IMG/VR virus record: IMGVR_UViG_3300018080_000009
Location: 40,015 to 104,014 of that record
Reading direction: 5' to 3' (one strand)
DNA: 64,000 nucleotides
From: a virus
Shown here: positions 1 to 9,341 of the stretch, piece after piece
How positions within the stretch are numbered: the stretch's first letter is position 1
How the letters are laid out: every line of letters begins with the position of its first letter
Notes under the pieces: generated by a model
Database searches by the model: none
The model's input: the letters and a program-made list of their open reading frames with translations, nothing else
What the model was told of the DNA's origin: nothing
Translations under genes and position numbers: made by a program

Positions 1-277
1 CCGAATCTGTTATTAGCTGCAAAGAGGAGAGCAGTTACCCAGAGAGATCCTGCCATAGCTTCCAAAGCAGGAGCTTTATTGACCAGAGTTACAGGAAAGA
101 AGTAATTTTTCGATAATTCTTGTGTTAGACTATCTTGTAGTGGATACTAGGTGTGTCCTGAAGATTTGAGTGGGCCAATGATTACCAGCCGATTTGGAAT
201 AATCTTGATGAGTCCTCATCGCCCCAAGAAGGATTGTTCTGTCACTTAAATCTTCGGGATAGCTTTTAAAGGAGGAA

Positions 278-652
278 ATGATGGAAGAGACATGGACGTT
301 CGTACAAGAGAAGTTGTTGGTTCATTGGCCATTTTTGGCATTCGTCATTGTGAATTCAGTTCTTGCCCAGATTTTGAAGACACAAGTTCTGACTAAGGAC
401 CTCGCAGCCAAAAGCAAGACCGTCTTCTGGCTCCGTAGAGTCATGCCTTTACTTCTCATACTCCTGGGCCTAATAGTCGGGGTACTGTGGCCTGGAAGCC
501 CGTCTCCAGGGGTTACAGAGCCCATGCACAAGGCTTGGTACTTCATGGGAGCTGCTTGTGTGTCGATAGCTGGGTACAATGCTTTCCGAAATTGGATAAA
601 AAGGAAGTACGACATTGATCTTGGAAGTAATACTGAACCACCTAAGGGTTAG
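278..652 (+). CDS. small 3-TM membrane protein, possible holin
   Basis: Three hydrophobic segments, charged C-terminus, GGAGG RBS; holin role is inference. Confidence 0.45.
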   Translation: MMEETWTFVQEKLLVHWPFLAFVIVNSVLAQILKTQVLTKDLAAKSKTVFWLRRVMPLLLILLGLIVGVLWPGSPSPGVTEPMHKAWYFMGAACVSIAGYNAFRNWIKRKYDIDLGSNTEPPKG

Positions 653-659
653 TCACTGC

Positions 660-688
660 TTGACAAAACCTTAAGTATATATTAATTT
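660..688 (+). promoter_or_regulatory. sigma70-type promoter, TTGACAAAAC family
   Basis: TTGACA at 660-665 then AAAC and an AT-rich -10 region; same extended motif at five other intergenic sites. Confidence 0.6.
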
Positions 689-739
689 CTCCTCATGCCT
701 TATTTTCGGGGCAAATTTTCCATAGAAGTAGGTATGTAA

Positions 740-1219
740 ATGGTGACGAAAGCCCTAAGAGGTGCACCGGTACCACGTGACAAGGCTGAGAATATTGGCC
801 AAGATTTCATGATCAATTGCCCAACGTCTTGGTCTTTTGCTGGTTCCATTCGAAGGAAGAAAGAAGAAGTAGGGAATATTGATATTGTGGCAATCCGTGG
901 AGATTGGATACTTGAGTGGTTACTCATAAAGTTTGGCATGTCAGTAAAGGATACTCCAAAGACTTATGGAAAAGTAGAGGGTGTGTACATAGATGTCTAT
1001 TTGGCTGAAGATGAAGATTGGGGATCTCAGATCCTACGATGGACAGGACCAAGATCTTTCAATTCCAAATTACAGCTTAGAGCCAAGCATAGGGATCTTG
1101 TTTTAAATCAATATGGTCTGTTTAGCATCCGTGACAGGAAAATGATTGCCGGCCAGACTGAAGAAGGAATATTCCAAGCATTAGGGATGTCTTGGATCCG
1201 ACCAGAGGATAGGGAATAA
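740..1219 (+). CDS. minimal DNA polymerase X family protein (palm+thumb only)
   Basis: AGSIRRKKEEVGNIDI, YIDV, WTGPRSFN, LNQYGLF and EEGIFQALGMSWIRPEDRE are PolX motifs; first Asp of DxD is Asn. Confidence 0.85.
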   Translation: MVTKALRGAPVPRDKAENIGQDFMINCPTSWSFAGSIRRKKEEVGNIDIVAIRGDWILEWLLIKFGMSVKDTPKTYGKVEGVYIDVYLAEDEDWGSQILRWTGPRSFNSKLQLRAKHRDLVLNQYGLFSIRDRKMIAGQTEEGIFQALGMSWIRPEDRE

Positions 1220-1653
1220 TGAGATTATGGCATCAGTCATTGATACCTTTTCTTCCTAGACAGCAGCTTTTAGGGCAGCATAGAGAATGCTGTGCTCTTA
1301 GGGGAAATGGGTGGGACAAGAAACATTCGACTGTAGATTATGCTTTTAAGTATTCTCCGTTTCGGTTGTTTGAGTTTCATCTTGTTGTCATGTATGAGAT
1401 GTTGAATCGTAATTATAATGTTGAAGCTGCTTGGTTCAGTCCATATTACCGCGGAAAGAATTGTTATCCGTGGTTACCCAGAGAATGTTGGGCTGCTGAT
1501 GGTGCTTGGATAGGGCCAGGTAAAACGGTTTATTTAGAACATGATGATGAGTACCTTAAAGAATGTTTAGAGAATCTTAAAGGTAAAGGGATAAATATTT
1601 GTGCTGCTGAATTAGAGGACAATAATGAGATCCAGATTCAGGATGTGGGATAA
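1219..1653 (+). CDS. TIGR02328-type protein, pyrimidine-dimer glycosylase/endonuclease V-like
   Basis: MRLWHQSLIPFLPRQQLLGQHRECCALRGNGW...HSTVDY and C-terminal EHDDEYLKECLENLKGKGI. Confidence 0.85.
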   Translation: MRLWHQSLIPFLPRQQLLGQHRECCALRGNGWDKKHSTVDYAFKYSPFRLFEFHLVVMYEMLNRNYNVEAAWFSPYYRGKNCYPWLPRECWAADGAWIGPGKTVYLEHDDEYLKECLENLKGKGINICAAELEDNNEIQIQDVG

Positions 1654-1927
1654 GACCTTTGGTATCAAAGCTGCTGATAAGACTCCTTTGCAGAAGGAGC
1701 ATCGAGCACAGCTTAGAATTCCTTATTGGGATTGTGAAGAAAACTATGAATTCAATTTTTTACCGAAACCCAAGGAGAGGGAGAAGATTCGGTGTGAAAT
1801 AGAAGTTATTTATACCAGTAGAATTGAATATGTTTCAGAAACAAATTCCAGTACAGTACCAACATGTACAGAGGGATATCCGATTTATAGGTATGCCCAA
1901 GATGTGACTATTGGAGCAACAGTGTAG
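1625..1927 (+). CDS. hypothetical protein
   Basis: ORF with GAGG RBS, overlapping upstream gene. Confidence 0.55.
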   Translation: MRSRFRMWDKTFGIKAADKTPLQKEHRAQLRIPYWDCEENYEFNFLPKPKEREKIRCEIEVIYTSRIEYVSETNSSTVPTCTEGYPIYRYAQDVTIGATV

Positions 1928-1935
1928 GAGTAGAT

Positions 1936-2256
1936 ATGAATTTATTTGAGTTGCAGGTTCGTATTCATGATATTGCCAAAGCTCATGGGTGGTGGGAAGA
2001 ACCCTGTGAAGATGGTACGCTTATATCTCTAATGCATGCTGAACTTTCTGAAGCTCTTGAGTGGCTGAGGAAAGACCCAGAAGCTAAGTCAGATCACATC
2101 CCAGAATTTTTAGGTGTAGAGGAGGAATTAGCTGACTGTATTATTCGTATTTTAGACTTCGCTGGAGCCAAGAGGCTAAAGGTTATTGGAGCTATGTTGG
2201 CTAAGATACAGTTCAATGATACACGTTCTTATAGGCATGGTGAGAAGAGATTTTAA
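1936..2256 (+). CDS. MazG-like NTP pyrophosphohydrolase
   Basis: ELSEALE...EEELADCIIRILD...AKIQFNDTR pattern of all-alpha NTP-PPases. Confidence 0.85.
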   Translation: MNLFELQVRIHDIAKAHGWWEEPCEDGTLISLMHAELSEALEWLRKDPEAKSDHIPEFLGVEEELADCIIRILDFAGAKRLKVIGAMLAKIQFNDTRSYRHGEKRF

Positions 2257-2368
2257 CTGATTTCTTTACATCAAGGATTTAATACTCTATTATCACCGAA
2301 TCATTTCATTCTAAGAGCAATAAGAATGATGTGGTTGCAAGGAAGAGGAAACATGTTATTATCTCCAG

Positions 2369-2442
2369 ACCCTATCGTATCTGTTAATAGTTTATCCATT
2401 CCTTTTCCGCTATTAATAGATGATGCTCCGGTAGGGTTTTTT
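2369..2442 (+). terminator. long hairpin with U-tract (terminator/attenuator) upstream of initiator
   Basis: ACCCTATCG-TATCTGTTAATAG pairs with CTATTAATAGATG..CGGTAGGGT, followed by a T run; TTGCAA-N16-TATTAT at 2335-2362 upstream. Confidence 0.5.
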
Positions 2443-2465
2443 ATTCTCAAAATTCGGAGGATATC

Positions 2466-3404
2466 GTGTCAGATCTAGAGATGATCTTGTCGAATCCACA
2501 GCTCAATGACCGAGAAGTCAGGATATTGATGATCATATATTTGAGGCAAGAAGATGGAGAGTTTGTCACCAGATCTCAGATTTCAGAGAAAACAGGGATC
2601 AGCATTTCAACTGTTCAGAGATGTATCAAGTCACTTCGTGAGAGAGATTTGATTCATGTAACTAGGTGTAGCTCACAGAATTGGTTCCACGATCTAGGCC
2701 CAGTACTGGAGAGAATACGTTCTGTGCCCATTCAACATGGTGACCGGGCAGAACCGATGGAAAAATCTTGTCTGACCATTCAACATGGTGACCATTCACA
2801 GCCTATTAGAGATATATCTATTATTAAGAACATTGAGAGTGGAGAAATAAACTATAGAGATAACGTATGTTTCTCCGAAGGAGAAACCCCCATGCGCGTG
2901 AAGAATAAGAATAAAAATCTAAGAAAAATCATTTCGGATGAAGAGACTTCTTTCCAGAAAAAGAAAGAAGAGAAGCAGAAAAAGAGGATTGTTGAAGGTG
3001 GGGGTAAAGAACGTACAGTAGCCAAGAGTAACCAGAAGATCAGCTTTGAATCCAAAGAACCTTCGGAATACAATGGCAACGATTTGTATTATCTTATCCA
3101 GAAATTATGGAGGAGAAACAGATGGAGGGGGAATCCTACGCCATTCACCAGGAAAGATAGAAAACAAGCCAAAGGATTAATAGAGGAGCAGAGCCCAGAA
3201 ATAGTTGTGGAGTATTTTCAGTATGTGTTCAATAATTGGAATGACATCAGCCGGAGGTACAGATTTAAGGGCATGCCCAGTTTAGGACTGCTATATGGAT
3301 TCAGACGACAGCTTCTTCCAGAGGCTTTGAATCAAACTGAAGTAGCAGTAGGTTGGGGAGCAGAATACACAGGTTCCCAGGAAGATCCTGACGCTTGGGA
3401 ATAG
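2466..3404 (+). CDS. winged-HTH phage replication initiator
   Basis: N-terminal wHTH (TRSQISEKTGISISTVQRCIKSLRERDLI), low-complexity middle with internal DNA repeats, DnaC-like gene downstream. Confidence 0.7.
   Translation: MSDLEMILSNPQLNDREVRILMIIYLRQEDGEFVTRSQISEKTGISISTVQRCIKSLRERDLIHVTRCSSQNWFHDLGPVLERIRSVPIQHGDRAEPMEKSCLTIQHGDHSQPIRDISIIKNIESGEINYRDNVCFSEGETPMRVKNKNKNLRKIISDEETSFQKKKEEKQKKRIVEGGGKERTVAKSNQKISFESKEPSEYNGNDLYYLIQKLWRRNRWRGNPTPFTRKDRKQAKGLIEEQSPEIVVEYFQYVFNNWNDISRRYRFKGMPSLGLLYGFRRQLLPEALNQTEVAVGWGAEYTGSQEDPDAWE
2728..2798 (+). repeat. iteron-like direct repeats inside initiator gene
   Basis: CCATTCAACATGGTGACC at 2728-2745 and 2776-2793; TGACCATTCA at 2773 and 2789. Confidence 0.7.
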
Positions 3405-3417
3405 AAAGGCAAGAGAA

Positions 3418-3855
3418 ATGGGATTGAGTAAAGCTACGCTAGAAAGATGCAAGCATCTGACTATTGTTACAAACGAGGATGGAAGCTTTCAGATCACCGT
3501 TACAGATCCGAGATTTGATCACAGGGTTATGGATACTTATCGTGCACGTACACCGGTAGACTGTGAGAGAGTAAAACGTGCATGGACAGTTAAGTTCAAT
3601 ATTCCGAAGGAACTTGTTTTTGACAAGACCAAGGAAGATCCCTCAGAATACGAGAACATGAAAGATACATCTCCAGGAATTAAGAGACCAAGCCAAGTTC
3701 CAGATGAGAATTCAGATGATACATTGAATATTAAGTTACCGAAATCTGGTGAAGGGGGGATGTCAACGCCCACAAATGTTGATTATGAGAAAGGTACGGT
3801 TGAAGAAGTAGTTGAGGTTGAAGATGAAGCCGATATTCGGAGTGAGACTGAATAA
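3418..3855 (+). CDS. hypothetical acidic protein
   Basis: ORF in operon context. Confidence 0.65.
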   Translation: MGLSKATLERCKHLTIVTNEDGSFQITVTDPRFDHRVMDTYRARTPVDCERVKRAWTVKFNIPKELVFDKTKEDPSEYENMKDTSPGIKRPSQVPDENSDDTLNIKLPKSGEGGMSTPTNVDYEKGTVEEVVEVEDEADIRSETE

Positions 3856-3930
3856 GTTTGGTCTAAGTTGGAAGGAATATTTGGTTCTAGGTGGAGTAGT
3901 CATAATACTAGTCCTTTTATGGAGGAAAGA

Positions 3931-4305
3931 ATGGCAGAAGTCCATTGGTCAATCAAAGAATTAGATGATCAACTTTATACCTATAAGGCCAATGTTGTTC
4001 GTGTTGTAGATGGAGATACTTTAGTACTCGACATAGATTTAGGCCGACATATTTGGGACCATGGTGTGAGGTTGAGAGTATTGAATATCAATACTCCAGA
4101 ACCTCGTGGTGATACTAAGGCTGAGGGTTTAGCTGCTAGTGAGCGTACAAGACAATTGGTGGAGTCTTCGAATAACAAGGTATATGTGAAGACTCGTAAG
4201 GACGACAGCTTTGGTAGAGGATTGGGAGAGGTCATTCTCAGCAATGGAATGAGTCTAGGTGAGGTTCTTTTAGAAGAGGGATTTGCAGTCCCGTATATGA
4301 AGTAA
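3931..4305 (+). CDS. thermonuclease (SNase) family nuclease
   Basis: VVRVVDGDT, RLRVLNINTPE, DSFGRGL; start moved to the ATG behind GGAGG. Confidence 0.9.
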   Translation: MAEVHWSIKELDDQLYTYKANVVRVVDGDTLVLDIDLGRHIWDHGVRLRVLNINTPEPRGDTKAEGLAASERTRQLVESSNNKVYVKTRKDDSFGRGLGEVILSNGMSLGEVLLEEGFAVPYMK

Positions 4306-4307
4306 AC

Positions 4308-4895
4308 ATGCCAATAGAACTAAGTAAGAAGCATCTTTTGTACATGAATATCGGAGAGAACTTCTGGGGAGCTTCTCTTGAGAAGTTTAATCATGCCCAG
4401 AATGATGCAGTAAAAGTTTATTTGTCTGATATTGAGCAGAATATTTCCAAAGGTAAGGGATTGTTTATCTGGGGGAATAATAGCGTTGGGAAGAGTTTTG
4501 TTTCTGCAGCAGTGTGCAAACATGTTTGGAAAGAGTTTCGAGTAGCTTCATATTGTGTTTTGTCCACAGAATTGGCGGAAGCATGGCTTCCGAATTCATT
4601 CTTTCCAGCACACGAAGATTCAGATGAGCTGATGGTTGATAGAATAGAAGACATTAGGTTTTTGGTTATTGATGACATTGGCAAGGAACACAGGGCAGGA
4701 ACCGGATATTTTGAGACGAAGCTTGGAGCTTTGTTGAGATATAGAGCTCGGCATAAGAGGGTAACGTTTCTTACAGCCAATATGGGTCCAATAGATTTTG
4801 GCAAGATTTATGGAGCTTCAGCAGCGCAATTGGCAATGGAATGTATGAGGCCACGTGAATTAAAAGGACCTAACATGAGAAAAGGCAGAATCTAG
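4308..4895 (+). CDS. DnaC/IstB-like ATPase (helicase loader)
   Basis: Walker A GNNSVGKS, Walker B LVIDDIGKE, FLTAN, GPNMR. Confidence 0.85.
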   Translation: MPIELSKKHLLYMNIGENFWGASLEKFNHAQNDAVKVYLSDIEQNISKGKGLFIWGNNSVGKSFVSAAVCKHVWKEFRVASYCVLSTELAEAWLPNSFFPAHEDSDELMVDRIEDIRFLVIDDIGKEHRAGTGYFETKLGALLRYRARHKRVTFLTANMGPIDFGKIYGASAAQLAMECMRPRELKGPNMRKGRI

Positions 4896-4906
4896 AAGGA
4901 GATGAC

Positions 4907-5782
4907 ATGGAAGAATTTGCTACATTGAAATTGACACGACCCTATATGCACGGATCAGCAGTAAAACGACTTCAAGAATTCGGGGATCAACTTGGATTTG
5001 ATTATGGAGATAATGACGGAATTTTCGGTTCAGATACCAAGGATTCTGTTGTTGCCATGCAGGAGAATTTTGGTCTAGAGGCAGATGGGGTATGTGGACC
5101 GAAAACGTGGAAGGCAATACTGAATGCTTTAGACAGCAATTACACTGGTTTTGATGAGAATGATTCAAATGCTCTGATAGTAGATATTCGTGGTATGCAT
5201 CCGCATCCGAAGTTGTACAAGTGTTCCAGGGAATGGAGTGATATTGAGGGGGTTGTCATTCATCAGACTGGATGCAAAATGCCTCTGAACCCAGAGAAAT
5301 GGGGCCGACTCAATGCTCATATAGGAGTAACCAGGGAAGGGCGTGTTGTTTTAGTAAATGATTTTAAGGATTGGATTTGGCATGCTCAAGGTTTAAGTAA
5401 GAGGAGTATTGGTATTGAGATAGCAGGAAATTTCCCAGGTATTGAGGGAAATATGAAAACACTGTGGAAGGGCGGTGGAGGTCCCCATGCTTTGACAGCA
5501 GGTCAGATGGAAGGTCTTGAAACAGTCCTTCATTTGATTAAGGCTGAGTTCATGCTGGCAAGGGTTCCCTGGAAATATGTCAATGTTCATAGGCAGAGTG
5601 CACCGTCTAGGGTAGCTGATCCAGGCAGTGAGATTTACAAGAAGATTGTCATTCCTTGGATGGAATTTTTAGGTGCTACAGACGGAGGTCCTGATTTCTT
5701 TACAGGCAAAAAGAAGAAAGGAAATCCGGTTCCGAAGGAATGGAACCCTAATTACAAATATGGATACTTTCAGAGATTATAG
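4907..5782 (+). CDS. endolysin: peptidoglycan-binding domain + amidase_2
   Basis: DGIFGSDT/DGVCGPKTW PG-binding repeats; IHQT, AH, WHA, SIGIEIAG, HRQ, DPG amidase motifs. Confidence 0.88.
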   Translation: MEEFATLKLTRPYMHGSAVKRLQEFGDQLGFDYGDNDGIFGSDTKDSVVAMQENFGLEADGVCGPKTWKAILNALDSNYTGFDENDSNALIVDIRGMHPHPKLYKCSREWSDIEGVVIHQTGCKMPLNPEKWGRLNAHIGVTREGRVVLVNDFKDWIWHAQGLSKRSIGIEIAGNFPGIEGNMKTLWKGGGGPHALTAGQMEGLETVLHLIKAEFMLARVPWKYVNVHRQSAPSRVADPGSEIYKKIVIPWMEFLGATDGGPDFFTGKKKKGNPVPKEWNPNYKYGYFQRL

Positions 5783-5789
5783 GTGAAAC

Positions 5790-6356
5790 ATGTCCAATTT
5801 ATTACAGCTAAATAGTGAACATTTTGATAACGAGATTCAGATGGATCTTGTTGAGATAGGTTGTGCCCATAAGATTGGTGCATTTTCTATGGAGAGGATG
5901 AGGTATGAGAAGACCAAGTCTGCTATAGGAGATGAGATTATTTATCGATTAGTTACTCAGATGGTTGCAGAAGCTTTGACTCCTAAGACTGAGACAAATA
6001 CCTTGGTTGAGTTTGATAAGACTGTAGAGGTAGACCTCCATATGGAAACTGTTGTACCCTTGTCTTGGTGGCAGCATTTTAAGAGGGATTGTTTTCCCCA
6101 ATGGATGCTGAAAATTTGGCCAGTGAAATGGGAAGTGAAGAATTCTGTTGAAAGGAAGAAGTTCATATTCAAAGGCAGAAAGAAAGTAGATGTGAAAGTG
6201 TTAGCAACGTATCCCAAGTTCAATCAAGTAGTTCCGGATTTAGGTCATTCTGTAATAAAGGCACATGTTTTAGGCTGTAGTGATGTTCCGATGAATGGAA
6301 CGTGTGATGTCGAGGTCACAGAAATAAAAGAAGGAGAGACAAATGGCAAAGAGTGA
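5790..6356 (+). CDS. hypothetical protein
   Basis: ORF with RBS; WWQHFK motif common in phage proteins. Confidence 0.7.
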   Translation: MSNLLQLNSEHFDNEIQMDLVEIGCAHKIGAFSMERMRYEKTKSAIGDEIIYRLVTQMVAEALTPKTETNTLVEFDKTVEVDLHMETVVPLSWWQHFKRDCFPQWMLKIWPVKWEVKNSVERKKFIFKGRKKVDVKVLATYPKFNQVVPDLGHSVIKAHVLGCSDVPMNGTCDVEVTEIKEGETNGKE

Positions 6357-6657
6357 GAAGAAAGCACCAGTAACGGTTAATAGAAATGTATCCCTGACTT
6401 ACGTCGAGGGTAAGGGATACGACATCGACATGGGGAGCATGAGTACTATGGACTTTATTAAGTTCATAGGTACCGCTTCTGCCTCGATAGTTAAGATCAA
6501 GGATCTAGCCGAAGCCGAGAGAGAGTTAGTGCTTTCTTTCCAGAAGGCCAGGGCAAATGCTCTAGAGGAAAAAGAGAAGGATTCTGCTTCCCGCTCTGCA
6601 AAACCGAAGGCAAAGGTTACAGAGAATTCTGGCAAGGATACTCCGAAGAATGACTAG
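6343..6657 (+). CDS. hypothetical protein
   Basis: ORF with AAGGAG RBS. Confidence 0.65.
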   Translation: MAKSEKKAPVTVNRNVSLTYVEGKGYDIDMGSMSTMDFIKFIGTASASIVKIKDLAEAERELVLSFQKARANALEEKEKDSASRSAKPKAKVTENSGKDTPKND

Positions 6658-7231
6658 ACCTAAACGCTACCTATTGACCTACTTGTGGACGATTCCTTGT
6701 GATGTCATCGTGTGGCTTATGCTTCTGATCATGTGGGGTTTATGGGGAACGAGGTTGCACTGGCTTGAAGGTGTTTGGTTTGAATTTAAAAGCAATTCAT
6801 GGCCTACCAGAACATGGTACAGAAAACGTGACAAGAATAGCCACTTTCAGACCAATCCGGTAGAGGATCAGCCCCTATTAGGTCGATGGAAAACTTGGGG
6901 AGGTACGACACTAGGCCACGGAGGATTTTTAGGCCCTGGCAGAGCTGGAGGTGAAGGCATAGATACCAAGATAGAGGGTCATGAACATACTCATACAGAA
7001 CAGTATGAGGTGGCTATGCTTGTGAACTTTCTTACCCAGCTCATATTGGTTTCTGCACTTCTGATTACAAAGCAAGATCCGGTTTGGATAGTACATCTTG
7101 TTTTGTGGATCTCTGGTGGGATATTTTCCTATGTGTGCAGCATGTTCCAAGCAGTGCTTCGTGGAGAGGATGCGTATCGGGGTAATATCAATGAGGAGTC
7201 GGCATATGCTCAATGGAGAGATAACCAATGA
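6650..7231 (+). CDS. membrane protein with HExxH (zincin-like)
   Basis: Hydrophobic segments, GTTLGH, HEHTHTEQ, AYRGNINEESAY. Confidence 0.6.
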   Translation: MTRPKRYLLTYLWTIPCDVIVWLMLLIMWGLWGTRLHWLEGVWFEFKSNSWPTRTWYRKRDKNSHFQTNPVEDQPLLGRWKTWGGTTLGHGGFLGPGRAGGEGIDTKIEGHEHTHTEQYEVAMLVNFLTQLILVSALLITKQDPVWIVHLVLWISGGIFSYVCSMFQAVLRGEDAYRGNINEESAYAQWRDNQ

Positions 7232-7577
7232 GCCAGCCCCGATATTCTTAGTTGATTACAGACTTCTGCTTGAGACGAAGACTCGGTTCTTTTTTTCGAG
7301 AAAGCTCACTTTGCATCCAGAAACTCCTGCTTGGAGCAGAAGAAATTGGGAACACAATATTGTAATTTTTTCTGTAGGGTCTAAGGACAAAGATGTTGTC
7401 GAAAGATTATTGAGTCCATACTTCAGAGAATTCATGCATTTTAGGTCGAGCACAGAATTTTTTGTTTGGGTTCAGCTATCTAAGTATATCCGTAGAGTCA
7501 TCACTGATGATCCAGCTTTATTGGGCTTGGATAATGTTTACAAGAGTTTTGGTGGTTGGAGGGAGAGAATAATCTAA
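7206..7577 (+). CDS. conserved phage protein preceding DnaB
   Basis: Start MLNGEITNE behind GAGGAG; stop overlaps DnaB start (TAATG). Confidence 0.6.
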   Translation: MLNGEITNEPAPIFLVDYRLLLETKTRFFFSRKLTLHPETPAWSRRNWEHNIVIFSVGSKDKDVVERLLSPYFREFMHFRSSTEFFVWVQLSKYIRRVITDDPALLGLDNVYKSFGGWRERII

Positions 7578-8824
7578 TGGACTTGGAACGAGCACTGATC
7601 TCTAAAGTTCTTTTTGATAAATGTTATTCAGATGCAGTTGACGAACATATTGTAGAGGAATTGTTCGTAGAACATAGGGAAGTATGGAAATGGGTAGTTG
7701 AAGAATACAAGAAACATGGAGATGAACCTCCGGTAGACTTCCTAGAAGAAAGATGGCCCCAATTTGAATTTGGTATGTCAGAAGGTTCAGTTCCTTTTCT
7801 AGTGGAGGAATTGAAGAAGAGACGTGTTAAAAGTCTTATTATTGACAGTATTCGTAAGCAAGGTGATTTGATAAAGGCTAAAGACCCGATGGCTGCCCTT
7901 GATGAAGTCAGGACTTTGCTTATCAAAGCCGATATGGAGACCAGACCATCGAGAGATGTAAATTTGACTGAGAATCCCCTTGATAGAAGGAAGAAGTATG
8001 ATGAGATAGTCAATGCTGGTGGTGTTACGGGAATGCCTTCACCGTGGCCGCCTTTAGACGAAGAGACGCAAGGATTTCACCCGGAAGACTTGATTATGTT
8101 TGCTGGTAGAGCTGGAGTTGGTAAGACATTTACAGAAATGGTTCTTGCCAGGTATCATTGGTCTTTAGGATATGTACCTCTTGTGTTTTCTCGTGAGATG
8201 GCAGTTTGGCAAATTATTCGTAGAATTGATGCGATAAATGCAGAACTGCCTTACAAGAGATTTAGAGGAGGCCAGCTATCTTCAGATGAGCTTGAGAGAT
8301 GGATGCAGGCCCTGAAAGATATGGAAGGAGGTACTCCATTCTGGGTCAGTGGAGATGATGATGTTTTAGGGGTATCGGGAATTGAGGCCAAGATAAAGAA
8401 ATACCGTCCACATGGTGTGTACATTGATGGAGCTTACTTAATTGGTGACGAACGAGGAGCCAAGGCGGTTTGGGAGAAGTTTCTAAATGTCTGTTGGGAT
8501 TTGAAGAAATTGGCCCGTCGAGTAAAGCTACCGATATTTGTTACTCATCAATTTAATTTATCGGGTTTAGGTGAGAAGGGAACGGCAGACACCATGAAAT
8601 TTGGTGATGTCAAGATGTGGTTCGATTTAATGATAGGTCAGTACCAAGATGAGAGCATGAAATTGAATAAGGAAATGCTCTTCAAGATTATAAAACAGAG
8701 AGAGGGTGACGAGGTTCAGTGGGTATCTGAATGGGACTTAGACAGGATGTGTTTTGGCCATAAGAAATCAGGGCATGATGACATCCCAGATGAAGCAGAA
8801 GAAGATCCGGCAGTAAGATATTAG
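7577..8824 (+). CDS. dnaB: replicative DnaB-family helicase
   Basis: AGRAGVGKT Walker A, FSREM, YIDGAYL, THQFN, KQREG. Confidence 0.92.
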   Translation: MDLERALISKVLFDKCYSDAVDEHIVEELFVEHREVWKWVVEEYKKHGDEPPVDFLEERWPQFEFGMSEGSVPFLVEELKKRRVKSLIIDSIRKQGDLIKAKDPMAALDEVRTLLIKADMETRPSRDVNLTENPLDRRKKYDEIVNAGGVTGMPSPWPPLDEETQGFHPEDLIMFAGRAGVGKTFTEMVLARYHWSLGYVPLVFSREMAVWQIIRRIDAINAELPYKRFRGGQLSSDELERWMQALKDMEGGTPFWVSGDDDVLGVSGIEAKIKKYRPHGVYIDGAYLIGDERGAKAVWEKFLNVCWDLKKLARRVKLPIFVTHQFNLSGLGEKGTADTMKFGDVKMWFDLMIGQYQDESMKLNKEMLFKIIKQREGDEVQWVSEWDLDRMCFGHKKSGHDDIPDEAEEDPAVRY

Positions 8825-8832
8825 GAGGAGCT

Positions 8833-9102
8833 ATGGGACGTGTGATAGATAAACGGTTAGAGTATTTGTCGAGAATAGGTCCGGCCGAGGTAAAGAGATC
8901 TCAAATTCTAGAGATAGGCATGTATGATCCTGTTGTAGACGAGGCTTTAAGTGTGTGGAGAAGAGGAAGTGCAACATGGGATCAAGTCATGTCTTGGTTA
9001 GTTTTGGTGATTACTAGGGAAAATACTGTTTTGTCAGACAGGTTGTTGAGGGCATTGAAGATGGTTAATGAAGATCAGTATAAAGAAATCATGGGTGAGT
9101 GA
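8833..9102 (+). CDS. hypothetical protein
   Basis: AGGAGG RBS. Confidence 0.65.
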   Translation: MGRVIDKRLEYLSRIGPAEVKRSQILEIGMYDPVVDEALSVWRRGSATWDQVMSWLVLVITRENTVLSDRLLRALKMVNEDQYKEIMGE

Positions 9103-9341
9103 TGGCTAAGTATGTAGAAGTAGAAGAAAAAGATCTGCAGATTCTCATAGAGTGTATCGAGTATGTGATAACTCGATATGAAAATGATGATCCAGAGATG
9201 TGTGAATATCTCAAGGAACAGTTAAGTGAAGTCTTGCGGCATGTCGATAATGAGACTCGTGGAGGTAAAGTTGCTTCAGAGATCGATGTGGTTCTAGGTG
9301 TTATTGGAGGACATGTAGATGGAGAAGGAGAACGTGATTGA
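9099..9341 (+). CDS. hypothetical protein
   Basis: ORF coupled to neighbours. Confidence 0.55.
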   Translation: MMAKYVEVEEKDLQILIECIEYVITRYENDDPEMCEYLKEQLSEVLRHVDNETRGGKVASEIDVVLGVIGGHVDGEGERD

